From Delftia acidovorans NBRC 14950 (GTDB lineage Bacteria; Pseudomonadota; Gammaproteobacteria; Burkholderiales; Burkholderiaceae_C): a stretch of 32,000 bases of DNA. Where the stretch lies: NCBI RefSeq assembly GCF_001598795.1, contig NZ_BCZP01000012.1:30001-62000 (forward strand), read 5' to 3'. The position numbers and the translations under genes were made by a program. Shown here piece after piece: positions 16,340-25,146 of this stretch (position 1 is its first letter; every line of letters begins with the position of its first letter). The notes beneath the pieces were generated by a model. That model had not been told where the DNA came from, searched no databases, and worked only from the letters and a program-made list of their open reading frames with translations.

Positions 16340-16461
16340 CTCACCGCACTCCGCGTGCAGGGTGAGCGCCAGCCCCATGCCGGCCTGCGGGCGGGCGCAG
16401 CAACACCGGGCGTAGGCCGGCAACCACCCAGGCCGCTGTCCATTGCGGCTGGCCTTTTTTT
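16340..16461 (+). ncRNA. Structured leader or candidate small RNA: three hairpins, the last an intrinsic-terminator-like stem plus T7
   Basis: Hairpin A, 16340-16366: CTCACC..GGTGAG plus an inner GCAC..GTGC. Hairpin B, 16378-16422: a 12-bp stem (TGCCGGCCTGCG / CGTAGGCCGGCA) with one G-T pair. Hairpin C, 16428-16452: CCAGGCCGC / GCGGCTGG with one bulge, followed by CC and TTTTTTT (16455-16461). The element sits between the Fur box and the ATG at 16547. Confidence 0.4.
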
Positions 16462-16546
16462 CAATCTCGTTTGTCATGTATCAGGAGGGCCGTTACGGCC
16501 ATTGCTTTCGGCATTTGCATTGCCGCTTTTCTGAACAACCCGCTAC

Positions 16547-16882
16547 ATGTCCCTTTCCCATTCCAGCCAATCCGGCCAATCCGGTCATTCCGCCAAACCC
16601 TCCCATCCGGGCCTGCTTGTGGTTTCCCGCCTGCTGGCCGCCGTCTTCGGCGGCTATGCGCTGGCCAGCGCGCTGGCGGCCTTCCTGGCCGCTGCGCTGC
16701 CCGGCGCGCGTGTCGATGCCGTGATCGCCGGCATGCAGTGGAGCTTTGCGCTGCACGCGCTGGCGGTGATCTGGGCGTTCTCGCCGGTTTCGGCGGGCCG
16801 GGTCTGGCTGGGTTTGCTGGTGCCTGCGGCCCTGATGGGCGGCGCCGCGCTGCTGCTGGCGCGCAATGGCGGGGGCGTTTGA
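16547..16882 (+). CDS. Small integral membrane protein, DUF3649-like (family name from memory), first gene of the iron-regulated operon
   Basis: ORF 16547..16882 (111 aa). A Ser/Gln/Gly-rich N-terminus is followed by three hydrophobic helices (LLVVSRLLAAVFGGYALASALAAFLAAAL, WSFALHALAVIWAF, VWLGLLVPAALMGGAALLLA). Its stop lies 1 nt before the next ATG. The start is uncertain because no clear SD is present; GTG at 16618 is an alternative. Confidence 0.6.
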   Translation: MSLSHSSQSGQSGHSAKPSHPGLLVVSRLLAAVFGGYALASALAAFLAAALPGARVDAVIAGMQWSFALHALAVIWAFSPVSAGRVWLGLLVPAALMGGAALLLARNGGGV

Positions 16883-16883
16883 G

Positions 16884-18599
16884 ATGGCAAAGGCGCAGAT
16901 CAGCAAGGTCCCCGGCAGCGGCGCTGCCACGGGCGGTTTCCGCCAGGCCCAGGCCTGGCTGCATACCTGGTGCGGGCTGTGGTTTTCGTGGCTGCTGTTC
17001 GCGGTGTTCCTCACGGGTTCGCTGGCCGTGTTCCAGGAAGCCATCACGCACTGGATGACACCCGAGCACCATGCCGAGGAGGCGGCCGAGGCGGCAGCGC
17101 GCGCCGCCGCGCCGGCCGGGCAGGGTGCGGACCTGGGCCAGCGCCTGGCCTGGGGCGCGGCCTACATGCAAAAGCACCACCAGGGCGCGCAGATGTGGGA
17201 GATCTGGCCGTCCGACGACAAGGGCGGCGGCGACCTGCATGTCTATTGGTTCGACGCCAACCGCCAGTACGCCGACGCCGAGCTGGACACCGCCACGGGG
17301 GAGGAAATGACGGCAGGCCACGGCCACGGGGCCGCGCGCGCCACCATGGGCGGCAACCATTTCGTGGACTTCCACTATGAACTGCATGCAGGGCAGGTGG
17401 GGCTGTGGGTGATCGGCATTGCCGCCATGGCCATGCTGGTGGCCCTGGTCAGCGGCGTGATCACGCACAAGCGCATCTTCAAGGACTTCTTCACCTTTCG
17501 CGCACGCAAGGGCCAGCGCAGCTGGCTGGACGCGCACAACGCCGTGGCGGTGCTGACGCTGCCCTTCCAGTTCATGATTGCCTATACCGGCATCGCCATC
17601 TCCAGCCTGAGCTTCATGCCCGTTGGCGTCTGGACGGTCTATGGCACGGACCAGGCCGCCCGCACGGCCTTCATCGCCGACATGACCGAGGCCGGGCCGC
17701 CCGCGCCTTCCGGCAAGCCCATGGCCGTGCCGGATCTGGAGTCGTTTGCACGGCGCGGCCAGGAGCTGATGGGCCAGGCGGTGCGCGCGGTGGTCGTCAA
17801 CCATCCCGGCGATGCGTCGGCACGCATCGGCGTCTACGGCTGGAACAGCGATGACCGTGCGCATCAGCGCCTGAGCCCCAATTCGGGCATGGCCATGTTC
17901 TCGGCCGCCACGGGCGAGGTGCTGCAGGTGCGCCTGCCCGGCGGTGCCGACGGCGGCACCCCCTCGCTGGCCCAGGCGGTCATGGGCGGGCTGCACATGG
18001 TCAAGTTCGGCGGGCTGGCCATGAAGTGGCTGTACTTCCTGTGCGGCCTGGCGGGCGCGGCCATGATGGCCACGGGCGCCATCCTCTTCATGGTCAAGCG
18101 CCGCAGCCGCCACCAGGGCGAGTTCGGCAGCGCCACGGCGCGCGTGTACCGGCTGATCGAGGGCCTGAACGTGGCGGCCATCGCCGGGCTGGGCCTGGGC
18201 TGCATCGGCTATCTGTGGGCCAACCGCCTGGTGCCCGTGGGCCTGGCGCACCGCGATGACTGGGAGCTGGCCGTGTTCTTCGGCCTGTGGGGCCTGGCGC
18301 TGATCCATGCGCTGGCCTGCGCGCCGGCCACGGCCTGGCGCCAGCAGATGGGCCTGCTGGCCATGCTGTGCCTGCTGCTGCCGCTGCTCAACTGGATCAC
18401 CGTGGGCGAGCCGCTGTCGGCCCACATGCTGGAGGGCGACTGGGAAAGCGCCGGGGTGGAGCTGTTCTGCCTGGCCACGGGGCTGGCGGCCGCCTGGGCC
18501 TGGCGCTGGCTGGCGCGGCGCGGCGCGGGTGCCGCCGCCAAGGCAAGGACGGCCAAGGGGCAGGCCGCCGTGGCCGGCCCCTCGGAGGTGCAGGCATGA
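16884..18599 (+). CDS. PepSY-associated TM-helix protein (PiuB/FoxB-like putative inner-membrane siderophore/iron reductase)
   Basis: ORF 16866..18599, with the ATG at 16884 directly after the upstream stop. Starts with the typical RQAQAWLHTWCGLWFSWLLFAVFLTGSL, followed by periplasmic loops and further TM helices. His residues flank the helices (ITHWMTPEHH, HFVDFHYELH, ITHKRIF, LDAHNAV, GGLHMVKFGG), as expected for haem ligation in this family. Confidence 0.8.
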   Translation: MAKAQISKVPGSGAATGGFRQAQAWLHTWCGLWFSWLLFAVFLTGSLAVFQEAITHWMTPEHHAEEAAEAAARAAAPAGQGADLGQRLAWGAAYMQKHHQGAQMWEIWPSDDKGGGDLHVYWFDANRQYADAELDTATGEEMTAGHGHGAARATMGGNHFVDFHYELHAGQVGLWVIGIAAMAMLVALVSGVITHKRIFKDFFTFRARKGQRSWLDAHNAVAVLTLPFQFMIAYTGIAISSLSFMPVGVWTVYGTDQAARTAFIADMTEAGPPAPSGKPMAVPDLESFARRGQELMGQAVRAVVVNHPGDASARIGVYGWNSDDRAHQRLSPNSGMAMFSAATGEVLQVRLPGGADGGTPSLAQAVMGGLHMVKFGGLAMKWLYFLCGLAGAAMMATGAILFMVKRRSRHQGEFGSATARVYRLIEGLNVAAIAGLGLGCIGYLWANRLVPVGLAHRDDWELAVFFGLWGLALIHALACAPATAWRQQMGLLAMLCLLLPLLNWITVGEPLSAHMLEGDWESAGVELFCLATGLAAAWAWRWLARRGAGAAAKARTAKGQAAVAGPSEVQA

Positions 18600-18973
18600 G
18601 CACGTTGCACGCATCCCTGGCCGCACTGGCCCTGGCCTTTGCAGGCATGGCGGCCCTGGCCTTTGCCATGGACCGCCACTACGAACAATTGACCGGCGCG
18701 CGCGAGCTGCCGGCCCGCCGTGGCCCGCAGTTGCGCGGCCTGGGCACGGCGCTGCTGGCGCTGGCCCTTGTGCCCGTTCTTTCGGGCTGGGGCGGCACGG
18801 TGGGCACGGTGGCCTGGCTGGGCTTTGTGTCCGCCGGCGCGCTGATGGCCGTGGCCCTGATCAGCGCCCATGCGCGCTGGGCGGCGCGGCTGGCCTGGTT
18901 GGCTGGCGTGCTTGCCGTGGCGGATTTGGCATGGATTGTTTTCAGTTTCGGTACTACGGGGTTTTTCAGATGA
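18596..18973 (+). CDS. Small integral membrane protein, DUF3325-like (family name from memory)
   Basis: The ATG at 18596 overlaps the PepSY stop (ATGA) and lies in ORF 18287..18973. The protein starts MSTLHASLAALALAFAGMAALAFAMDRHYEQLTG... It has about four hydrophobic helices. The trio of small membrane protein, PepSY-TM protein and small membrane protein is a recurrent arrangement as I recall it. Confidence 0.6.
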   Translation: MSTLHASLAALALAFAGMAALAFAMDRHYEQLTGARELPARRGPQLRGLGTALLALALVPVLSGWGGTVGTVAWLGFVSAGALMAVALISAHARWAARLAWLAGVLAVADLAWIVFSFGTTGFFR

Positions 18974-19022
18974 GTTTCCTGCTTTCGTTCCAGTTCGGGG
19001 TGTGTGTGATCGGGAGGCAAGC

Positions 19023-20273
19023 ATGACGCGCACGCAGCAACGCTGGAAAGCCATCGCCGTGGCGGTGGTCCTGTTGGCGGCGGCCGGGGGCGCGGCCGCC
19101 TGGTGGTCCAGCCGGCCTGCCGTGGCCTACCAGACCGAGACCGTGGCGCGCACCGATATCGAGTCCACCGTCACGGCCATCGGCACGCTGCAGCCGCGCC
19201 GCTATGTGGACGTGGGCGCCCAGGTGTCGGGCCAGGTCACCCGGCTGCGCGTGGAGCCCGGCGCCCAGGTGGAAAAGGGCGCACTGCTGGTGGAGATCGA
19301 CCCCAGCGTGCAGCGCGCCACGGTGGATGCGGGGCGTGCCTCGCTGGCGGGCCTGCGCGCCCAGCTGGCCGAGCAGCAGGCGCTGCGCAAGCTGGCCGAG
19401 CAGCAGCTCACGCGCCAGCGCCAGCTGGCCCGCGACGGGGCCACGCGCGAGGAAGACCTGCAGACCGCAGAAGCCAACCTGGCCGCAGCCGGCGCCCGCA
19501 TGGAGCACCTGAAGGCCCAGATCGACCAGACCCAGGCCACGCTCAAGGCCGACGAGGCGCGCCTGGGCTATACGCGCATCTACGCGCCCATGGCGGGCAC
19601 CGTGGTGTCGGTGGAGGCGCGCGAGGGCCAGACGCTGAACGCCACCTACCAGACGCCCAACATCCTGCGCATTGCCGACCTGTCGGCCATGACGGTGTGG
19701 ACCGAGGTGTCCGAGGCCGACGTGCGCCGCGTGCGCGACGACATGCCGGTGTACTTCACCACGCTGGGCGGCGCCGACCAGGCCAGGCCCCGGCGCTGGT
19801 CCAGCAAGGTGCGCCAGGTGCTGCCTTCGCCCTCTACCAGCCAGGCACCGGCCGGCGGCAATGCGGGCCAGGCGCCTGCGCCCGCCACCAAGGCCGTGGC
19901 CTATACCGTGCTGTTCGATGTGGACAATGAGGACGCCGAGCTGATGCCCCAGATGACGGCCCAGGTGGTCTTTGTCACCGGGCAGGCCGCGCAGGCGCTG
20001 ACCGTGCCGCTGATGGCCGTGGCCGACAAGGCGGGAACGACTGACAAGGCAGAAAAGGCAGAAAAAGCCGAGAAGGCCGAGAAGGCCGAGAAGGCCGGCA
20101 GCACGCAGACCGTGCGCGTGCTGGACGCCAAGGGCCAGCCCGAGCAGCGCACCGTGCGCCTGGGCGTGCGCAGCCGCCACCAGGCCGAGGTGCTGGAGGG
20201 CCTGCAGGAAGGCGAGCGCGTCATCGTCGGCGAGACGCCTCTGGACCGTGGCCCGCGGTGGCTGCAATGGTGA
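19023..20273 (+). CDS. macA: Efflux periplasmic adaptor (membrane fusion protein), MacA/PvdR-like
   Basis: The ATG at 19023 within ORF 18870..20273 is preceded by GGGAGG. It has an N-terminal TM anchor (WKAIAVAVVLLAAAGGAAAWW), a lipoyl/barrel motif (VDVGAQVSGQVTRLRVEPGAQVEKGALLVEIDP), a long coiled-coil hairpin, and LGYTRIYAPMAGTVVSV. Confidence 0.85.
   Translation: MTRTQQRWKAIAVAVVLLAAAGGAAAWWSSRPAVAYQTETVARTDIESTVTAIGTLQPRRYVDVGAQVSGQVTRLRVEPGAQVEKGALLVEIDPSVQRATVDAGRASLAGLRAQLAEQQALRKLAEQQLTRQRQLARDGATREEDLQTAEANLAAAGARMEHLKAQIDQTQATLKADEARLGYTRIYAPMAGTVVSVEAREGQTLNATYQTPNILRIADLSAMTVWTEVSEADVRRVRDDMPVYFTTLGGADQARPRRWSSKVRQVLPSPSTSQAPAGGNAGQAPAPATKAVAYTVLFDVDNEDAELMPQMTAQVVFVTGQAAQALTVPLMAVADKAGTTDKAEKAEKAEKAEKAEKAGSTQTVRVLDAKGQPEQRTVRLGVRSRHQAEVLEGLQEGERVIVGETPLDRGPRWLQW
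20043..20096 (+). repeat. In-frame 9-bp tandem repeat x6 encoding D/E-K-A units inside the adaptor gene
   Basis: The units are gacaaggca gaaaaggca gaaaaagcc gagaaggcc gagaaggcc gagaaggcc. The last three units are identical. Translation is DKAEKAEKAEKAEKAEKA. Confidence 0.95.
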
Positions 20274-22267
20274 TGGCGCAGGGCATGCAGGCCGGCGCGC
20301 CGCTGACCGCACCGCTGATAGAGCTGCGCGGCATCACCAAGCACTACGGCGGCGGCGACAGCGGCCAGCCCGCCGTCACCGTGCTGCACGGCATCGACCT
20401 GGAGATACGCGCGGGTGAGTTCGTCGCGGTGGTGGGCAGCTCGGGCTCGGGCAAGTCCACGCTGATGAACATCCTGGGCTGCCTGGACCGGCCCAGCGAG
20501 GGCAGCTACCACTTCCAGGGCCAGGACGTGGCCACGCTGGACTCGGACGCGCTGGCCTGGCTGCGGCGCGAGGCCTTCGGCTTCGTCTTCCAGGGCTACC
20601 ACCTGATAGCCAGCGAAAGCGCCAGCGAGAACGTGGAAATGCCCGCCATCTACGCGGGCCTGCCCAAGGAAGAGCGCGTGCGGCGCGCCCGTGCGCTGCT
20701 GGAGCGCCTGGGCCTGGGCTCGCGCCTGGGCAACCGGCCCAACCAGCTGTCGGGCGGGCAGCAGCAGCGCGTGTCGATTGCGCGCGCGCTGATGAACGGC
20801 GGCCAGATCATCCTGGCCGACGAGCCCACGGGCGCGCTGGACTCGCACAGCGGCGCCGAAGTCATGGCCCTGCTGCGCGAGCTGGCCGACGCGGGCCACA
20901 CCATCATCCTCATCACCCACGACCGCACTGTGGCCGCCCAGGCGCGCCGCGTGATCGAGATCAGCGACGGCCGCATCACCAGCGACAGCCAGCGCGACGA
21001 TGCCACTAATGGGGTGAATGCGGGCGCCGCTGCCCTGCCGCTCACGCCGCAGCGTGGCAGCGCCGGCGCGCCCTGGCTGGCGGAACTGTTCGAGGCCGCG
21101 CGCAGCGCCTGGCGCGGCATGCGCATGAACCGCGTGCGCACCAGCCTGACCTTGCTGGGCATCGTCATCGGCGTGGCCTCGGTGATTGTCATGCTGGCCA
21201 TTGGCGAGGGCGCGCGGCGCAAGGTGGTCGAGCAGATGGGGACCATGGGCACGGCCATCCTCTACATGGGCAGCAAACCGCCGGCCACGGGCGGGCCGGC
21301 CGGGCAGATGACCGAGGAAGACCTGGCCGCCGTGCGCGAACTGCCCGAGATACGGCGCGTCATGCCCGTGATCGGCGACCCCATCACCGTGCGCTACGGC
21401 AAGGCCGACAAGCAGATCTACGTGTTCGCGGCCAGCGAGGAGATGCCCCTGGTGCACCACTGGAAGCTGGCCCAGGGCCGCTACTACACCGAGGCCGAGG
21501 ACCGCGACCTGGCGCCCCTGGTGGTCCTGGGCCACAAGGCGCACCAGCACTTCTTCCCCGACACGCCCAACCCGCTGGGCCGCCAGCTGATCATCGGTAC
21601 ATCGGCCTTCGAGGTCATCGGCGTGATGAGCGAGCGGGGCGCGGACTCGGGCGCGCAGAACTATGACGACATGGTCTTCATTCCCTACCGCTCGGGCCGG
21701 GCGCGCGTCTACCAGTCGCAGACCCAGCCCGACTATGTGGTGATCGAGGCCATGTCCTCCGACGTGGTGCACGAGGCGGAGGAGGCCATGCGCAAGCTGC
21801 TGCTGGCGCGCCACGGCGGGCGCGAGGACTTCGGCATCGGCAATGCGGCCGCGCGCATCCAGGCCGAGGCCGCCACGCGCCAGAGCATGGCGGTGATGCT
21901 GGGCCTGATTGCCGCCGTCTCCCTGGTGGTGGGCGGCATCGGCGTGATGAACGTGATGCTGATGACGGTGCGCGAGCGCACGCGCGAGATCGGCATCCGC
22001 ATGGCCACGGGCGCGCGCCAGCGCGACATCCTGCGCCAGTTCCTGACCGAGGCCAGCCTGGTCACCTTCGTGGGCGGCACGGTGGGCCTGCTGGCCGGGC
22101 TGGCCGTGGGCGTGGTGCTCATCGTGGCGGGCGTGCCCGTGGTGTTTTCGGTGCGCGCCATGCTGGGCGCCTTTGCATGCGCCGTGGTGACGGGCCTGGT
22201 GTTCGGCTACATGCCTGCCAAGACGGCGGCGCGGCTGGACCCGGTGCGCGCGCTGGCGGGAGAGTGA
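20267..22267 (+). CDS. macB: MacB-type ABC transporter, fused ATPase plus FtsX-like permease (MacB/PvdT-like)
   Basis: ORF 20258..22267. Walker A GSSGSGKST, ABC signature LSGGQQQRVSIARAL and Walker B ILADEPTGALD. These are followed by four TM helices with a large periplasmic loop and a C-terminal ...YMPAKTAARLDPVRALA. The start is ambiguous: ATG at 20267, or ATG at 20273 overlapping the upstream stop. Confidence 0.9.
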   Translation: MVMAQGMQAGAPLTAPLIELRGITKHYGGGDSGQPAVTVLHGIDLEIRAGEFVAVVGSSGSGKSTLMNILGCLDRPSEGSYHFQGQDVATLDSDALAWLRREAFGFVFQGYHLIASESASENVEMPAIYAGLPKEERVRRARALLERLGLGSRLGNRPNQLSGGQQQRVSIARALMNGGQIILADEPTGALDSHSGAEVMALLRELADAGHTIILITHDRTVAAQARRVIEISDGRITSDSQRDDATNGVNAGAAALPLTPQRGSAGAPWLAELFEAARSAWRGMRMNRVRTSLTLLGIVIGVASVIVMLAIGEGARRKVVEQMGTMGTAILYMGSKPPATGGPAGQMTEEDLAAVRELPEIRRVMPVIGDPITVRYGKADKQIYVFAASEEMPLVHHWKLAQGRYYTEAEDRDLAPLVVLGHKAHQHFFPDTPNPLGRQLIIGTSAFEVIGVMSERGADSGAQNYDDMVFIPYRSGRARVYQSQTQPDYVVIEAMSSDVVHEAEEAMRKLLLARHGGREDFGIGNAAARIQAEAATRQSMAVMLGLIAAVSLVVGGIGVMNVMLMTVRERTREIGIRMATGARQRDILRQFLTEASLVTFVGGTVGLLAGLAVGVVLIVAGVPVVFSVRAMLGAFACAVVTGLVFGYMPAKTAARLDPVRALAGE

Positions 22268-22268
22268 G

Positions 22269-23723
22269 ATGAAAGACATGAACGACAAGACGATGCCGGC
22301 GCGCCTGGGCTGCATGGCCCTGGCCCTGGCTGCGCTGGGCGGCTGCGCCGCGCAGCAGACGGTGCCGGACAGGGCAGCGCCTGCGCTGGCCGCTTCGTGG
22401 AAGCAGCAGGGCGAAGCCGTCCCTGCCTCCGTCTCACCCCAGTGGTGGCAGGCCTTTGGCAGTGAGGAGCTGGGCGGCATGGTGCAGGCCGCCCAGGACC
22501 AGAGCCTGGACATGGCTGCCGCCATGGCCCGCGTGCGCCAGGCCGAGGCGGCCACGCGCCAGGCAGGCGCGGCGCTGCTGCCGTCGCTCAGCGGCGAGCT
22601 GCGCGCCCAGCGCATGAACCATGCACAGGTGGCGGGCGGGCAGGCCAGCGTCTACGGCGCTGCGCTGACGGCCTCGTATGAGGTGGACTTCTGGGGCCGC
22701 AACCGCGCCACGCGCGATGCGGCGGCGGCGGCCTGGCAGGCCAGCCGGTTTGACCAGGACACGGTGCGCCTCACGGTCACCGCCCAGGTGGCCCATGGCT
22801 GGCTGCAGGCCGTGGCGCTGCGCGAGCGCCAGGCCATTGCGGCGCGCAACGTGGCCAATGCCGAGCGGCTGCTGGGCCTGGTGGAGTCCCGCGCGCGCGC
22901 AGGCGCCGCCACCCAGCTGGAGTTGGCCCAGCAGCGCGGCCTGGTGGCCAGCCAGCGCCAGGCCCTGGCCACGCTGCGCCGCCAGGGCGAGGATGCCGAT
23001 GCCACGCTGGCCGTGCTGCTGGGCCAGGCCCGCCGCCCCGCGCTGGCCACGGATTCGCTGCAGGCCCTGCAGCTGCCCGAGATCGGCGCAGGCCTGCCCA
23101 CGCAACTGCTGCAGCGCCGCCCTGACATTGCCAGTGCTGAGGCGCAACTGACCGCCGCCAGCGCCAACCTGCAGGCTGCGCGTGCGGCGCTGTGGCCCCG
23201 GCTGACCCTCACGGGCAGTGCAGGCACCAGCGCGGGCCGCGCCAGCGACTGGCTGCGCGAGCCGGTCTATTCGCTGCTGGCCGGACTGGCCGGCCCCATC
23301 TTCGACGGCGGCCGTCTGGCAGCCGAACGCGATGGCGCCCAGGCCCGGCGCGAGGAGCTGCTGGCCGGCTATTACAAGTCCATCGTCGCGGCCTATGGCG
23401 ATGTGGACCTGGCGCTCAACGCCGTCCACGGCCTGAAGGCCCAGGCCGAGGCCCAGGCCGAGGTGCTGGCCCAGGCCCGCCAGGCCGTGTCGCTGGCCGA
23501 GCTGCGCTACAAGGCCGGGGCGGAAAGCCTGCTGTCCCTGCTGCAGGCCCAGACCACGCTGTACGCGGCCCAGGACGATGCCGTGCTGCAGCGCCTGCTG
23601 CAGCTGCAGGCGCGCGTGGCGCTGTACCGGGCGCTGGGCGGGGGATGGGAGGCGCCTGCCATGGGCACTGAAATGCCGGAAAGGCAGGCACAAAAAAGCC
23701 AGGAGGCATTGCCACCTGGCTGA
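22269..23723 (+). CDS. Outer-membrane efflux lipoprotein, NodT/OprM/OpmQ family
   Basis: ORF 22269..23723 (484 aa). The ATG lies 1 nt after the macB stop. Lipobox LAALGGC. Typical features are WWQAFGSEEL, PDIASAEAQL and a duplicated coiled-coil/barrel architecture. C-terminal ALYRALGGGW. Confidence 0.9.
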   Translation: MKDMNDKTMPARLGCMALALAALGGCAAQQTVPDRAAPALAASWKQQGEAVPASVSPQWWQAFGSEELGGMVQAAQDQSLDMAAAMARVRQAEAATRQAGAALLPSLSGELRAQRMNHAQVAGGQASVYGAALTASYEVDFWGRNRATRDAAAAAWQASRFDQDTVRLTVTAQVAHGWLQAVALRERQAIAARNVANAERLLGLVESRARAGAATQLELAQQRGLVASQRQALATLRRQGEDADATLAVLLGQARRPALATDSLQALQLPEIGAGLPTQLLQRRPDIASAEAQLTAASANLQAARAALWPRLTLTGSAGTSAGRASDWLREPVYSLLAGLAGPIFDGGRLAAERDGAQARREELLAGYYKSIVAAYGDVDLALNAVHGLKAQAEAQAEVLAQARQAVSLAELRYKAGAESLLSLLQAQTTLYAAQDDAVLQRLLQLQARVALYRALGGGWEAPAMGTEMPERQAQKSQEALPPG

Positions 23724-23732
23724 GAGGGGAGG

Positions 23733-23782
23733 GGCAGGGCCGCCACCCGGTCCTGCCGGGTGTGCGGCCTGAGGCCTCAGGC
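23733..23782. terminator. Two GC-rich hairpins in the convergent gap between the efflux operon and the acyl-CoA dehydrogenase gene
   Basis: First hairpin: GGCAGGGCC-N7-GGTCCTGCC (23733-23757), 9 bp with one G-T pair. Second: the perfect 16-bp palindrome GCCTGAGGCCTCAGGC (23767-23782). Neither has a U-tract. Confidence 0.4.
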
Positions 23783-23793
23783 TTGATGCCTGC

Positions 23794-25068
23794 TCAGCTG
23801 CCGCGCGTGATGGGCACGCCGGCATCCTTGCCGTAGGCGCCGTACTTGCCCAGCTCCCACTTGGCGATGGCGTTGCGGTGCACTTCGTCCGGGCCGTCGG
23901 CAAAGCGCAGCGTGCGCGCGTGGGCGTAGGCGCTGGCCAGCGGGAAGTCGTCGCTCATGCCGCCGCCGCCGTGCACCTGCATGGCCCAGTCGATGACCTG
24001 GCAGGCCATGCTGGGGGCCACGACCTTGATCATGGCGATCTCGCTGCGGGCCACCTTGTTGCCGGCAATGTCCATCAGCCAGGCGGCCTTGAGCGTGAGC
24101 AGGCGCGCCATGTCGATGCGGCAGCGTGCCTCGGCGATGCGTTCCTGCGTCACGGTCTGCTGGGCCACGCTCTTGCCGAAGGCGATGCGCGAGCTGGCGC
24201 GCTTGCACATCAGCTCCAGCGCGCGCTCGGCCAGGCCGATCAGGCGCATGCAGTGGTGGATGCGGCCGGGGCCAAGGCGGCCCTGGGCGATCTCGAAGCC
24301 ACGGCCCTCGCCCAGCAGGATGTTGCCCACGGGAACGCGCACGTTCTCGAAGTACATCTCCATGTGGCCGTGCGGCGCATCGTCATAGCCCATGACGTTG
24401 AGCGGACGCACGATGCGGATGCCAGGAGCGTCGCCGGGCACGATGATCATGCTTTGCTGCGAGTGCTTGGGCGCGTCGGGGTCGGTCTTGCCCATGGTGA
24501 TGAAGGCCTGGCAGCGCGGATCGCCGGCACCCGAGATCCACCACTTGTGGCCGTTGATCACGTACTCGTCGCCCTGGCGCTCGATGCGGGTGCAGATGTT
24601 GGTGGCGTCGGAGGAGGCCACTTCGGGCTCGGTCATGGCGAAGGCCGAGCGGATCTTGCCGTCCAGCAGCGGCTTGAGCCAGCGCTCCTTGAGTTCGGTG
24701 CTGCCGTAGCGCGCAATGGTCTCCATGTTGCCGGTGTCGGGAGCAGAGCAGTTGAACACCTCGCTGGACCATGGCACGCGGCCCATGATCTCGGCCAGCG
24801 GCGCGTATTCCTGGTTGGTCAGGCCGCCGCCCTTGTAGCCAGCGGCCTCGGCGCTGTCCACGGGCAGGAACAGGTTCCACAGGCCTTGCTCCCGGGCCTT
24901 GACCTTGAGCTTCTCGATGGTCTGCAGCGGCGTCCAGCGCTTGCCTGCGGCGGTGTTGGCTTCCATCTCGGCGGCATAGTCCTTTTCGCCGGGATAGATG
25001 TGCTCGTCCATGAACTTCAGCAGGCGTTCCTGCAGGTCCTTGGTCTTGGGCGAATATTCAAAGTCCAT
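23794..25068 (-). CDS. Acyl-CoA dehydrogenase, FadE2 / ACAD10-ACAD11 C-terminal-domain type
   Basis: ORF 23794..25068 (424 aa). [28 protein letters not shown]..., [59 protein letters not shown] and [16 protein letters not shown] are characteristic of this ACAD subgroup. An AAGGAG SD lies upstream. Confidence 0.85.
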   Translation of the reverse strand: MDFEYSPKTKDLQERLLKFMDEHIYPGEKDYAAEMEANTAAGKRWTPLQTIEKLKVKAREQGLWNLFLPVDSAEAAGYKGGGLTNQEYAPLAEIMGRVPWSSEVFNCSAPDTGNMETIARYGSTELKERWLKPLLDGKIRSAFAMTEPEVASSDATNICTRIERQGDEYVINGHKWWISGAGDPRCQAFITMGKTDPDAPKHSQQSMIIVPGDAPGIRIVRPLNVMGYDDAPHGHMEMYFENVRVPVGNILLGEGRGFEIAQGRLGPGRIHHCMRLIGLAERALELMCKRASSRIAFGKSVAQQTVTQERIAEARCRIDMARLLTLKAAWLMDIAGNKVARSEIAMIKVVAPSMACQVIDWAMQVHGGGGMSDDFPLASAYAHARTLRFADGPDEVHRNAIAKWELGKYGAYGKDAGVPITRGS

Positions 25069-25146
25069 GGATGCGCTCCTTCTCTTGGCTTGTCGCTTGT
25101 GGTGGAAACGGGGTGATCGGTGAGTGATGGGGGCGGTCTGGATGGC

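Noticed and set aside
16322-16534. A 70-aa + strand ORF (MDLSASLTALRVQGERQ...) in the leader between the Fur box and the DUF3649-like gene. I also considered the - strand ORFs 16030..16269 and 16279..16464.
   Set aside because: It has no SD, and GC3 bias decays after about 25 codons. The ORF runs straight through the terminator-like hairpin and T-run, and its sequence has no recognisable features. The region is better explained as structured non-coding leader.
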